Positions 41,077-50,852 of a DNA stretch of 64,000 nt are shown piece by piece. The stretch spans positions 256,001 through 320,000 of the forward strand of contig CAVPQB010000003.1 in assembly GCA_963707505.1 (NCBI GenBank), in the 5' to 3' direction. This DNA comes from an uncultured Gemmatimonadales bacterium. GTDB lineage: Bacteria; Gemmatimonadota; Gemmatimonadetes; Gemmatimonadales; Gemmatimonadaceae. The position numbers and the translations under genes were made by a program. Position 1 is the first letter of the stretch. Each line of letters begins with the position of its first letter. Below the pieces are notes generated by a model, which ran no database searches, had not been told where the DNA came from, and worked only from the letters and a program-made list of their open reading frames with translations.

Positions 41077-42439
41077 TGGTGTTTTTGGGTTGACGGTCAA
41101 CTAAATACGCAGCGGAGCGGAAGAGCAAGAGAATCTGACGGTATCCCAGCGATTCGATCACGGCGTACGCGAGCAGCCTGGCGTCCCTGCTTCGCGTGTC
41201 GTTACCGGGAAAAAACGTGATCTGGAACACCACGCTCCATATAGATAGGAGTATGCCGTATCCGACCACCGACGCCAAGTAGGCCCAGGCAAATGACGAA
41301 TCGAGCACGCCTGTCGTGAGCCCCACGACGAGGCCAAGATAGCCCGCCAGCTCCAGAATCGGCGCAATAATGACCCCTAGCCAGAAATACGGCATCGCAA
41401 CGAGCCCGAACATCCCATATTCCGGGTTCAGCAGCATTACCGAGTTGCGAACGAGTGCGCGGCGCAAGCCGTGGATCCAGGCTCTGCGCGTTCGGCCGAT
41501 CGCCCTCATTTCCCCCGAAACGACGAACCATGCCACAGGGTCGGGGATCACCGGCATCGTGGCGTTGATGCCGTTATCTGTCAGATATCGCGACAGCCGC
41601 ATGGCGATGTCGACCGCTGGCACGTCTACATTCGGGTCGAAGCCACCCATGCCGAAGATGTGCTCTCGCTTGAACATCACCGGGTTGCTCGGCACTACGA
41701 TATTGCTCGCGACGCGATTCCAGCCCATCCGCAGATAGACGAAATTCCGCAGAAATTCAACAGTCTGGCAACCGTCGACCCAGCCGCGGCCGCGCCGGAG
41801 TGTGATCTTCCCGTCCCGCAACTGCGCACCACTCGCTGGCCGAAGAATGCCGCTCGCGCACGCCACGGACCGGTCCAACAGAAATGGGCGCGATAGTCTG
41901 AGCAACGCGTCACGCTCGAAGACGACGTTCGGGCCAGCCGCAACGGCATGGGGATATCGCGCGGCATTGATAGCGGCGTTCAACGCGTCGCCTACCGATG
42001 TGTCCGGCATGTCGATGCACAGCAGTCGCGGATGCGTACGCGATCGGTAGTAAGCTCGCACGGGCCTGGTCCGCACGTTGATAGTGAACGCCGGAGGCAC
42101 CTCGTACAGTTGCAACGCAGCGACGAGGTTGCCGAGGGAATCCTCCGACGTACCGTCGACGACGAGAATTACCTCGAAGCGCGGATAGTCGAGTGCGAGC
42201 AGCATCGCCGCGATCTCGACCGGCGGCATCGGCGAATGTTGTAGCGAAGCTATCACGGAAATGGGAGGGAGCGCGTCGGTCCCTACCAGTGCGTGGAAAT
42301 ATTCGTCGTCGGCCAGCTGCCAGTGCGACCACAGTTCCGGAACCGCGCACATCAGCAGAATTGCATGAAACGAGTTGATGACAAGAAAGAAAATCATGAT
42401 CGTCATCATCACCACGAACAGAATTCCGGCGATCGTCAT
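41045..42439 (-). CDS. GT2 glycosyltransferase-like membrane protein with degenerate catalytic motifs
   Basis: LDYP.FEVI.V.DG, DALNAAIN.ARYP, ERDALLRL, R.GW, PDPVAW, C-terminal TMs. DxD, GED and QxxRW are absent. Confidence 0.85.
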   Translation of the reverse strand: MTIAGILFVVMMTIMIFFLVINSFHAILLMCAVPELWSHWQLADDEYFHALVGTDALPPISVIASLQHSPMPPVEIAAMLLALDYPRFEVILVVDGTSEDSLGNLVAALQLYEVPPAFTINVRTRPVRAYYRSRTHPRLLCIDMPDTSVGDALNAAINAARYPHAVAAGPNVVFERDALLRLSRPFLLDRSVACASGILRPASGAQLRDGKITLRRGRGWVDGCQTVEFLRNFVYLRMGWNRVASNIVVPSNPVMFKREHIFGMGGFDPNVDVPAVDIAMRLSRYLTDNGINATMPVIPDPVAWFVVSGEMRAIGRTRRAWIHGLRRALVRNSVMLLNPEYGMFGLVAMPYFWLGVIIAPILELAGYLGLVVGLTTGVLDSSFAWAYLASVVGYGILLSIWSVVFQITFFPGNDTRSRDARLLAYAVIESLGYRQILLLFRSAAYLVDRQPKNTNGQPSPSGVT

Positions 42440-43494
42440 CCTGCTGACAACTCCGCGACGCTGGCTTCCGACAGTCCGATTACCAGCATCGCCATGTCGC
42501 GCGCATACCTGTCGGCATTGTCGAGCGCTTCTGAAAGCGCCTGCTTGCCCGCGGGCCCCGTCGAAGCCAGTGAAAGCCCAGCACGGAAGCGAACCCACCA
42601 GTTGCTGTCGGTGAGCGCGCGAGACAGCTCCTGCACCGTGCGCTCGTCCGTCGAGCCCGACAGCGCACGTGCCGCCTGCGCGCGCACGCGCCAATCCGAA
42701 TCGCGAAGCATCGAGAGCAACTTCACCTGAACGGTGTCTCCCGATCTTCGGCGCAGCACGCGCGCAACGGCGACGCGCACTTCCGGGTGCGGATGCGTCG
42801 AAAGACTTGCGATACGCGTCATGCAGTCCGCGTCATTCAGTACGGCCGCGGCATGGATGTACGCATACAGTTTATGCGGCGGCGCGTCTGCGCGGATCCG
42901 CGCAAGCAGCATCGGGCCGGCCAGTGACGCGTACCCCTGCAATACACTGAGCTGATATGCACGCACCGCTGACGATGCGGACGAGAGACCGTCGATGACA
43001 GCGATGAGCAACTCCTCATCGGCGTAGCGTTTCAGGCACGTGGTCGCCGCGCTCTGTACGGCAGGGTGGGAGTCCGACAGTAACTGCAGGATCCTGGCAC
43101 TATCCTGCGCGCTCGCTAGAAGAGAGAGCGTGCGCGCCGCAGCCAGTCGTTTCCACCACAACAGCGAGCCAGCGCCGTCGATCGCCTGACGCACCCACGG
43201 CTCGCGTCGCAGCATGTCTACCAGCGCGTCGCGCTCGGCGGGATGCACGCGCTCCAGTCCGAGCCAGACCAGGGCCTGCGCGGTGTCGGCGTTCGACGCA
43301 CCCCGCAGCGCGCTGAGCACTTCAGGCGCGCCGAGTGCGCCGGAGAGCAGCCGTCGTGCATTGCCGACGCCTTCGTGAGCTCCCGCACCGGCCATGCTCG
43401 CGCGCGATCGCCGCGCGTAGTCGAGCGCCCCAGCCAGCACGGCCAAACCGATCTGCGACAGGCCGATTACGACTCCAACGAAGCCGTAGGTCAA
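42436..43494 (-). CDS. HEAT-repeat protein with N-terminal TM (start uncertain)
   Basis: Repeats LSDSHPAVQSAA, HPHPEVRVAVARVL, LRDSDWRVRAQAARAL, LTDSNWWVRFRA. ATGA overlap with the GT2 gene. Confidence 0.85.
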   Translation of the reverse strand: MTYGFVGVVIGLSQIGLAVLAGALDYARRSRASMAGAGAHEGVGNARRLLSGALGAPEVLSALRGASNADTAQALVWLGLERVHPAERDALVDMLRREPWVRQAIDGAGSLLWWKRLAAARTLSLLASAQDSARILQLLSDSHPAVQSAATTCLKRYADEELLIAVIDGLSSASSAVRAYQLSVLQGYASLAGPMLLARIRADAPPHKLYAYIHAAAVLNDADCMTRIASLSTHPHPEVRVAVARVLRRRSGDTVQVKLLSMLRDSDWRVRAQAARALSGSTDERTVQELSRALTDSNWWVRFRAGLSLASTGPAGKQALSEALDNADRYARDMAMLVIGLSEASVAELSAG

Positions 43495-43606
43495 CTCGAA
43501 CGACCGTTCGAACGGCGGTTTGAAAAGGGTCGCTGACCAGGCTTTGACATCGGCTCAAATATGCCAGTCTGGCGCAATGGGCGTCACCCCACAGCGTGGC
43601 CGAATT

Positions 43607-44812
43607 CTAGTATCGCGGCAGCGACGGATCGACGTCGTTGGTCCAGCTCACGATTCCGCCCGCCACGTTGGTGACGCGCGTGAATCCCTGTCCTGCCAAC
43701 TGCTCGGCGGCGCGCATGCTGCGGACGCCTGCCTTGCAGTACAACACGACTTCACGCGAGCGATCCCAGTCGCGGCTCGCGGCGCCTATGGTACCGAGCG
43801 GTACCAGGCGTGCGCCTTCGATTCGCGCTATCGCCCATTCGGCGGGCTCTCGGACATCGACGAGATCGAAGTCGTCGCCACGCGTGATTCGCGCAGCGAG
43901 CTCGGTAGCGGATATCTCATGAATCATCGCTGCTCCGTCATTGGAATCCGAATTTGCCGTTGGCATGGCGCATGAGGCGTCATCGTAGTCCGGTGCACGG
44001 TCGTCGAGGCTCCGAATCGTCGCGCCCCCTGCTGCCGCGTCGCCACACGCGGGGCACGCCGGGTCGCGGCGGACGCTAATCGAGCGAAACGTCATGCCGA
44101 GCGTTTCGATCAACAGTAGACGTCCCACCAGAGACTCACCGATGCCTAAAACCAGCTTGAGCGTCTCGACTGCCTGGATGGTTCCAACGAGTCCAGGGAG
44201 CACGCCGAGAACTCCCGCTTCGGCGCAATTTGGAATGAGACCGGCCGGCGGCGGCTCGCGGAAGAGACAGCGGTAGCATGGGCCGTTCTGCGCGCCGAAG
44301 ACAGAGGCCTGGCCTTCGAAGCGAAATATGCATCCGAACGCGTTCGGCTTGCCGAGCAACACCGCCGCGTCATTGGTCAAATACCGCGTCGCGAAGTTGT
44401 CTGTTCCATCGACGACGATGTCGAAGTCACGCAGAATTCCGAGGGCGTTTCGTGGGTCGAATCGCGTATTGAACGGCTCTACATGTACGTGCGGATTCAC
44501 ATCGTGGATACGATCGCGCGCCGAATCGAGCTTGGAGCGTCCGACGTCGGACGTACCGTGAAGAATTTGCCGATGAAGGTTGGACGCGTCCACGACGTCG
44601 AAGTCGACCAGGCCCAGTGTGCCGACGCCGGCGGCCGCTAGGTACAGTGCGCTGGGCGACCCGAGGCCACCGGCACCGATCAGCAGAACGCGCGCGTTCT
44701 TGATGCGGCGCTGCCCTTCCACTCCGACCTCGTCAAGGATCAGATGGCGCGAATAGCGCAGAATTTCTTCCGCGCCGAGCGTCGGAAGTGCGTCGCTGCC
44801 TGTCATGCTCAT
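43607..44812 (-). CDS. moeB: MoeB/MoeZ adenylyltransferase with C-terminal rhodanese domain
   Basis: RYSRH, GAGGLG, SNLHRQ, DGTDNF, PCYRC, NCAEAGVLG, DVREP.E, YCKAGVRS. Confidence 0.93.
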   Translation of the reverse strand: MSMTGSDALPTLGAEEILRYSRHLILDEVGVEGQRRIKNARVLLIGAGGLGSPSALYLAAAGVGTLGLVDFDVVDASNLHRQILHGTSDVGRSKLDSARDRIHDVNPHVHVEPFNTRFDPRNALGILRDFDIVVDGTDNFATRYLTNDAAVLLGKPNAFGCIFRFEGQASVFGAQNGPCYRCLFREPPPAGLIPNCAEAGVLGVLPGLVGTIQAVETLKLVLGIGESLVGRLLLIETLGMTFRSISVRRDPACPACGDAAAGGATIRSLDDRAPDYDDASCAMPTANSDSNDGAAMIHEISATELAARITRGDDFDLVDVREPAEWAIARIEGARLVPLGTIGAASRDWDRSREVVLYCKAGVRSMRAAEQLAGQGFTRVTNVAGGIVSWTNDVDPSLPRY

Positions 44813-44834
44813 GATGACATCCCGCCATTAGTGG

Positions 44835-45809
44835 TCACGTGCGCAACCGTTCATTGTACAGTTGCGCCGCGCCAATTGTTGCGCCGCGCGGCTCCGCTGC
44901 AGTTACAAAGGCTTCGGCAATCACGCCCGCGGATCGCCAGGCATGCTGTGCAGCATCGCGGACCCTCTCTGCTACATCGCGGCGCGCGACGGCGACGATC
45001 GCCGAGCCTGACCCGCTGAGTGTCGCGCCGATCGCGCCCGCGTCAATTGCTGCGGCGGTGACGACGTTGTATCCATTGATCAGCGAGCGCCTGAACGGAA
45101 CGTGCAGCACGTCGTCCAGCGCAGGGCCAAGAATGCCAGCGTCTGCTGTTTGGAGGCCGGCGATCAACGCGGCGGCGCGGCCGGCGGCGTTCACCGCCAC
45201 ATCGTATGGAACGGTCGCGGGAAGTGCCGCGCGCGCAACCGATGTTCGTACCTCGAAATCAGGAACCAGAAAGACGAAGCGCAGCGATGGATGCACCGCG
45301 ATCGGCGTCGAGCGGTAGCGATGTGCGGACGTGCGCACGCTGAGCACCGCACCGCCAAGCGTCGATGGCGCGGCGTTGTCCGGATGTCCCTCCAGCGATG
45401 CCGCAATGTCGATAATCGCGGCATGATCGAGATCGCCGTCGAGAACCTCATTCGCGAGCAACGCGCCGGCGATCACGGCCGCCGCAGACGATCCCAATCC
45501 GCGGGCAACGGGTATGTCGGAGGTTGCAAATATCTCTACGCCATTCGGCGTCGGGCGACCGAGCACAGCACAGGTCGCGACGAATCCGCGCCAGATGAGA
45601 TCGTCCGCGTGCGCGCAATTCAATCGCGAGAGAGTGCCCTCGCGCGTGACGACGACGGGCGAGTCGTTTGCATGGATACGCGCGCCGACGCTCAGCCACC
45701 TGTCGATGGCCATGCCGACCGCGTCGAAGCCGGAGCCAAGATTCGAAGTTGATGCGGGAACGCGCACGCTGAACTCGCGTACGCCGAATTCGCGCACACG
45801 ACTCGTCAT
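44835..45809 (-). CDS. thrB: Homoserine kinase
   Basis: VPASTSNLGSGFD, IPVARGLGSS, EGHPDN, LH.P.R, LSGSG. Confidence 0.93.
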   Translation of the reverse strand: MTSRVREFGVREFSVRVPASTSNLGSGFDAVGMAIDRWLSVGARIHANDSPVVVTREGTLSRLNCAHADDLIWRGFVATCAVLGRPTPNGVEIFATSDIPVARGLGSSAAAVIAGALLANEVLDGDLDHAAIIDIAASLEGHPDNAAPSTLGGAVLSVRTSAHRYRSTPIAVHPSLRFVFLVPDFEVRTSVARAALPATVPYDVAVNAAGRAAALIAGLQTADAGILGPALDDVLHVPFRRSLINGYNVVTAAAIDAGAIGATLSGSGSAIVAVARRDVAERVRDAAQHAWRSAGVIAEAFVTAAEPRGATIGAAQLYNERLRT

Positions 45810-47461
45810 GTCAGCTCGGCAGTGGCGAGGAACCGCGGAGCACGCCGCACCTTGCTCTTTTGCTCAAATGCATACGCGAGCTTGAGCAACATCGGCTCGC
45901 TCCACGCCGGACCAAAGAACGAGAGGCCCACCGGGAGCCCGAACGAATATCCCGCCGGCACAGTGATGTGCGGGTATCCGGCCACGGCTGGAAGTCCTGT
46001 CGCACTTCCGCCACCGCGCGGATCCCCCTTGATCAGATCGATGAGGCTGGGCGGTCCCTGAGTAGGGGCGGCTATGGCGTCGAGATGGTATCTGGCGACC
46101 GCTGCGTCAATGCCCTGAGCACGGGAATGCTCGTGGCCTGATGCAAGCGCGTCGAGATACTTCTTCTCGGTCAGCGGCCCGCGTGCCTCGGCAGCCTCGA
46201 AGATCTCCTGGCCGAAGTACGGCATTTCCTCCGCACGGTGCGCGTTGTTGAAGGCGATGAGATCCGCGAGCGTCTTCATCGGCGATGACGGGCCGAGTGA
46301 CGCGAGATATGCGTTGACGTCGGCCTTGAATTCGTACGACAGGACATCGCCCTCGCCGTCACCCGAATTACCAATCTCGATTGGATCGATTATGATTGCG
46401 CCGGCCGATCGCATGAGATCTATTGCTTCGTTCACGATCGCGTCTGTCGCAACGCTGTACCCGAAGTAACGCTTGCGCGGAATGCCGATTCGCGCACCCT
46501 TCAATCCGTTCAGATCGAGAAACGTCGTGTAATCGCGGTGAGCGTGCGCCGCGCTGGGAGCGGTCGCGCTGTCGGCGGGATCCACGCCGGTAAGTGCGCC
46601 AAGCAAGATTGCTGCGTCGGTCACGGTGCGCGCCATCGGCCCCGCGGTGTCCTGTGAATGTGAAATCGGGATTATACCGGAGCGGCTGACCAGACCCACT
46701 GTCGGCTTGAGCCCGACGAGTGATTGCACAGACGACGGCGACGTTATCGATCCATCCGTCTCCGTACCGACAGCGACCGCGCACAAGCTTGCCGCAGCAG
46801 CTGCACCGGAGCCCGAGCTGGAACCCGACGGTGTACGATCGAGCGCGTACGGATTGTGTGTCTGGCCACCCATTCCGCTCCACCCGCTGGACGAATGAGT
46901 GGAACGATAATTCGCCCACTCGCTCAGATTTGTCTTGCCCAGTATCACCGCTCCGGCAGCGCGGAGTCGCGCCGCAACAAACGAATCACGCAACGGAATC
47001 GAATGCGCAAGCGCGAGCGAGCCGGCCGCAGTCGTCATGCGGTCGTGCGTTCCGATGTTGTCCTTGATGAGAACGGGAATGCCGTGCATTGGCCCGCGGA
47101 CGTGCCCCGACTTACGCTCCGCATCGAGCGCGGCAGCGATTTCGAGCGCATCCGGATTGAGCTGAAGCACACTTCGGAGCGCCGGTCCAGTTCGATCGAT
47201 CTCCGAGATACGCTTGAGATACATGTCGCACAGCGTATGAGAAGTGTATCGTCCGGACGCCATCCAATCCTGCAGCTGCGTGATGGTCGCTTCATCAAGC
47301 TCGAACGACGGCGGATTCTGGTGGCGCGTGTATCCACCGTCGATTACGGGGGAAGCACTCGCGCCAGTGGCAGCGGCAAGCGCGCCGGCGATTCCGACGC
47401 CGACGAACGCCCGCCGGCTGAGTTTGGAGGAAGCGCCGTCGTCGGATGATGATGCAGTCAT
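45806..47461 (-). CDS. Tat-exported amidase-signature enzyme
   Basis: SRRAFV Tat motif, IKDNI, GKTNLSEWAN, GSSSGS, GTETDGSI. Confidence 0.92.
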   Translation of the reverse strand: MTASSSDDGASSKLSRRAFVGVGIAGALAAATGASASPVIDGGYTRHQNPPSFELDEATITQLQDWMASGRYTSHTLCDMYLKRISEIDRTGPALRSVLQLNPDALEIAAALDAERKSGHVRGPMHGIPVLIKDNIGTHDRMTTAAGSLALAHSIPLRDSFVAARLRAAGAVILGKTNLSEWANYRSTHSSSGWSGMGGQTHNPYALDRTPSGSSSGSGAAAAASLCAVAVGTETDGSITSPSSVQSLVGLKPTVGLVSRSGIIPISHSQDTAGPMARTVTDAAILLGALTGVDPADSATAPSAAHAHRDYTTFLDLNGLKGARIGIPRKRYFGYSVATDAIVNEAIDLMRSAGAIIIDPIEIGNSGDGEGDVLSYEFKADVNAYLASLGPSSPMKTLADLIAFNNAHRAEEMPYFGQEIFEAAEARGPLTEKKYLDALASGHEHSRAQGIDAAVARYHLDAIAAPTQGPPSLIDLIKGDPRGGGSATGLPAVAGYPHITVPAGYSFGLPVGLSFFGPAWSEPMLLKLAYAFEQKSKVRRAPRFLATAELT

Positions 47462-47501
47462 GAGTCGCTATTGAGGAAGCGTAAGCCACATCCCGCGCGC
47501 G

Positions 47502-47516
47502 GGGCACGATGGATGC
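47502..47516 (+). promoter_or_regulatory. Putative sigma54 promoter
   Basis: GGGCACGATGGATGC (GGCACG-N4-ATGC), about 44 nt upstream of ATG 47560. Confidence 0.55.
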
Positions 47517-47559
47517 GTTTTCAGATACTACTATTCTGCCCCAATTCCGGGAGGATGCA

Positions 47560-47787
47560 ATGGCGGACAAGGACAAAGGCGGCAAGGTGAGTCAGGCCGA
47601 CTCGACCAAGGAAAACCGTACCGACAAGGTTAGCGGCCGCAGCTTCGGCCGCGGGATGACCTCGCCCGATTCAACGGAAGCTGTCCTCGATGCCAGCACG
47701 GGCGAGGTCGATCCCAGAGCTGCGGGAGAAGGCGCACTACCGCCGGGCGAGAGCGAGCCGAATCGGAAGAACAGCAAGAAGAGCTAG
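47560..47787 (+). CDS. Small hydrophilic hypothetical protein
   Basis: GGAGG RBS, 75 aa, low-complexity and charged. Confidence 0.7.
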   Translation: MADKDKGGKVSQADSTKENRTDKVSGRSFGRGMTSPDSTEAVLDASTGEVDPRAAGEGALPPGESEPNRKNSKKS

Positions 47788-47994
47788 GGACTGAACGATA
47801 GCGACTTCACAGAGCACGCGAGCGACGCGCTACGGCTCGGCCCTCTACTGAATGTGTGCGGCTGTAACGCCTGCGTTCCGAATCGCGAATGCGAGTCGCG
47901 TAGTTGATGAACAGCGGCGGGAGCTTACCTGCCGTCGAGATTTTGACCAAAGTGGTACGCTCCCAAGTACGTACGCTCTGCGCGGGCCGACGCG

Positions 47995-48048
47995 TTCGCG
48001 CTGGAGCGCGATCAGAATTCGCGCTGGAGCGCGATCAGAATTCGCGCT
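47995..48048. repeat. 23-nt tandem duplication (about 2.3 copies)
   Basis: TTCGCGCTGGAGCGCGATCAGAA x2 + TTCGCGCT, overlapping the stop codon at 48035. Confidence 0.9.
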
Positions 48049-48226
48049 TGCGCATTTCCTTGAAGAACATCTCGCCACGCTCGCGTTCCTTGAGACTCGC
48101 TTCATCAATGGGATCGTCCGCGAGGTTCACGTCGTACTTCTTGCCGAAACCCTTGCGCGTTGAAGTCGCTGACGCCGCCTTCGCAGCGTTCTTCTTCACC
48201 AGAGCTTCCAGCTGCCGCTTGTCCAT
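48035..48226 (-). CDS. Small basic hypothetical protein
   Basis: MDKRQLEALVKKNAAK...FFKEMRKREF with protein-like codon use; alternative start 48250. Confidence 0.65.
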   Translation of the reverse strand: MDKRQLEALVKKNAAKAASATSTRKGFGKKYDVNLADDPIDEASLKERERGEMFFKEMRKREF

Positions 48227-48305
48227 TTTCCCGCCGTGTTGAGGAGTCATAGATCGATCAGGTCCATCGTCCCATATGACTCATAAATCTAGACGCGGGC
48301 AACGC

Positions 48306-48320
48306 GCAAGGGAGCGGCCC
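48306..48320 (-). promoter_or_regulatory. Putative sigma54 promoter
   Basis: GGGCCGCTCCCTTGC (GG-N10-GC) upstream of the small basic ORF. Confidence 0.4.
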
Positions 48321-48385
48321 CCGAGCCAAGTTCCCCGCCACGACTCGGCCGGTCGAACAAACGGTCCCCATGGCATGCGCAGATG

Positions 48386-49540
48386 TTACTGCACGACCAG
48401 GATTCCCACGCTCCCGCCGAACTCATCGGCCGCTACCGGAAGGCCGGGTGCTGGAACCCAGCTGCCTGAATCGGCCCGCACCTCCAGACGGTGGCTCCCC
48501 TCGGCCAGAGGGATGCGAACCTGCCACTTCCCGGTCGCGGAACGCGTCATCGGGACCGGGAGCCATGACGTGAAATCGCCCATGATCTCCACCGTCCGGG
48601 CATTTTGGAGCACGACGCTGATCATGCGCCGACCATCGTCAGCCACAGCGCTCACCGACGTACCGTGCGGAGCGGTCGGTATCGCCGGCGATCCAGCCGT
48701 CGCGTCGGACGGTCCCAGCGCGATTCGCAATCCGACGGATGTGTATGCGGCGCCCAACGTACCTCGCGTCGGATCGGCGGGCTGCGCGCCCGCGTATCCA
48801 ACGATCGAGACCGGACCAAAGAGCTGTACCGTGGCGGCGCCCATCGCCCATGCGCGCCGACCTTTCAAATCATCGGACGAGCGAATGCCGCCATCGCCGC
48901 CGATCACAACTCTCGCAGCCCCGGATGGATCACTTCCAAATGGTGCAACCTGAGCGTGAACCACAGCTTCGTTGTACCTGATCGATCCGCTCGCGAGTGT
49001 GCCCACCTCGGCGCCGAGCATCGCCGAAGCGGATCGTATGGATCCACCGATCCGTACGTGCGAGGTATTCCGCGTCGAGACCGCATCCACGCGTCCGACA
49101 CCCGCGTCGAGCCAGCCGGCCGCAGATCCTGTAGCAGAGGATCTTCCGAGCGTCAACGACGTCTCGCCGTATCGGGACGAGGCCTCGCCGCGATATGCAC
49201 CGCCGCCCGCGTCCGCCCGGATCACCGAGATGTTCCGGCGGTCCGATGACAGCGCGAACGATCCATGCAACTCACCATACCCAGTCGTGCTGCCCGTCTC
49301 GAAACGGGCGACGTTCGCGGTACCGACGCCGGAGAATCGCCCGGTACCGCCCCACAATGACGAAGCGAGATTGGTGAGCGTCGCGAGTGCGTACCCATCA
49401 ACTTTTATTGATGCAATTCCGCCCTCGAATAGCGCGCCTTTCGTGGCAGTCCGAGGGGCCAGCTGTGCACGGAGTGCTTCCGGCGCGCAGGCGCCTGCCG
49501 GCAATGCAAGCAGCGCAGCCGCGTACGCGCAGCTGCGCAC
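48386..49540 (-). CDS. Exported beta-rich protein with C-terminal CBM48/AMPK-like glycogen-binding domain
   Basis: Signal peptide, amphipathic beta-strands, C-terminal ARTVEIMGDFTSW.PVPM...G.W...G.H.....D...W..PG....DEFGG. Confidence 0.8.
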   Translation of the reverse strand: MRSCAYAAALLALPAGACAPEALRAQLAPRTATKGALFEGGIASIKVDGYALATLTNLASSLWGGTGRFSGVGTANVARFETGSTTGYGELHGSFALSSDRRNISVIRADAGGGAYRGEASSRYGETSLTLGRSSATGSAAGWLDAGVGRVDAVSTRNTSHVRIGGSIRSASAMLGAEVGTLASGSIRYNEAVVHAQVAPFGSDPSGAARVVIGGDGGIRSSDDLKGRRAWAMGAATVQLFGPVSIVGYAGAQPADPTRGTLGAAYTSVGLRIALGPSDATAGSPAIPTAPHGTSVSAVADDGRRMISVVLQNARTVEIMGDFTSWLPVPMTRSATGKWQVRIPLAEGSHRLEVRADSGSWVPAPGLPVAADEFGGSVGILVVQ

Positions 49541-49587
49541 CCCCGCCCGGTTACGCCGGACGAAAACAGGCCAGATGGATCGATGCT

Positions 49588-50286
49588 TTATGGCTTCGGC
49601 TTGGGGGGCGCGGGTAGAGGCACGGTTTTGCCGCCAGTAAACGCAGGCTTGAAGCTGTTCACGGCGTTGGGAGTCGCTTGCATGCCAGTAATCGCTGTCA
49701 ACGGTGCAACGCCGCCCGCGATATCATGCGATACACTGCGTCCGTATGCAAGGAGACTGGAATCATCCCGTTGCCTCGCGTTGGCAACGATAGCAACGAT
49801 CGCCGATGGCGCGGGTGCCCCGTCAACTATCAGCGAGGCCAGCACCGACAGTGGGACAACGAGTTGCCTGCCCGGCAACTCCTTGCGCAGCTGAGTGAGC
49901 CCGGCTGGCGTCGATCCCGCACGCAGCGCCGCAACCGCCGCCGCGAGTTCGTTATCCGAGGAAGGGCCGAGAGCACGACGCGCGATGCCGAGGTCGTTCG
50001 CGACTCCGCGAACAGCGATCATGATCCTGTTGTCGTCTGCACCCTTGCTGATCCCTTCGAGCGTCTTGTCCACGAGTGGCGCAACCGGCAGACCGGCGTG
50101 CGCAACCGAGTCAGCGACGAACGTCACCTGGGCCTTGAGCGAAGCAGACGCTCGGCCATCCAACTGACGCAGCGCGCCGACGTCACGGGCGCCGACGCCC
50201 TGGGCGCCAGTGACGGCGCTGCTGCCAAGCGCAAACGTCACGACCGCGAGCGATACCCCGACGGTACTCCTGAATCGTTTCATCAT
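49588..50286 (-). CDS. Exported Ala-rich helical hypothetical protein
   Basis: Signal peptide, GLP..PL.DK.LEG..KG segment; ATGA overlap with the upstream gene. Confidence 0.8.
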   Translation of the reverse strand: MMKRFRSTVGVSLAVVTFALGSSAVTGAQGVGARDVGALRQLDGRASASLKAQVTFVADSVAHAGLPVAPLVDKTLEGISKGADDNRIMIAVRGVANDLGIARRALGPSSDNELAAAVAALRAGSTPAGLTQLRKELPGRQLVVPLSVLASLIVDGAPAPSAIVAIVANARQRDDSSLLAYGRSVSHDIAGGVAPLTAITGMQATPNAVNSFKPAFTGGKTVPLPAPPKPKP

Positions 50287-50852
50287 GCCGCTCCCGATCC
50301 GGCTACCGTCACTACGGAATTAGTCGCGCCGAAATCATCGCCGGGATCGCGCGGAGCCTGTGGATCCGGAACCCAACGGTGCCCATCGATTACAAATTGA
50401 TACACATATCGTCCAGCGCCGAGCGGAATGTCGGCTGCCCAGGTGTTCTTATCGATGCGACGGAGAGGTGTCGCTGTCGCATTCCAACCATTGAAGCTTC
50501 CAGCCACTGCAACCTGCGACGCGCCCGACGCAACCAGTGTAAATCGAACGGTGCTGACCGCAGAATGTGCGACCTTCACCGGACGTTGCTTCTGCGCCGT
50601 ACGCTCGACGCCGCCACCGATCACGATGAATGCGATCGCTGCGGCCAGTGCAACACCGGCGACGGAAATCGCCGCAACCACGCGATGGCTTCCGCGATGG
50701 CCTGGGCGACTGAATACACGCTCCCGCTGCACCGCCGCCATCACACGTGCATCGAATGCATCGGCGTCCACGGCGACCGGCGCGCGAAGCTGAGCGACGA
50801 ATCGCTGCTCCGCTGCGTCCAGTTCCTGTGTGCCGTCCATGTGTTCAGCCAT
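50283..50852 (-). CDS. Putative anti-sigma factor: short N-domain, TM, CBM48-like domain
   Basis: FDARVMAAV, TM helix, VRF.L.A.GA..VAVAGSFNGW...GRY.YQFVIDG..W..DP...DDFG..NSV; overlaps the ECF stop. Confidence 0.82.
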   Translation of the reverse strand: MAEHMDGTQELDAAEQRFVAQLRAPVAVDADAFDARVMAAVQRERVFSRPGHRGSHRVVAAISVAGVALAAAIAFIVIGGGVERTAQKQRPVKVAHSAVSTVRFTLVASGASQVAVAGSFNGWNATATPLRRIDKNTWAADIPLGAGRYVYQFVIDGHRWVPDPQAPRDPGDDFGATNSVVTVAGSGAA

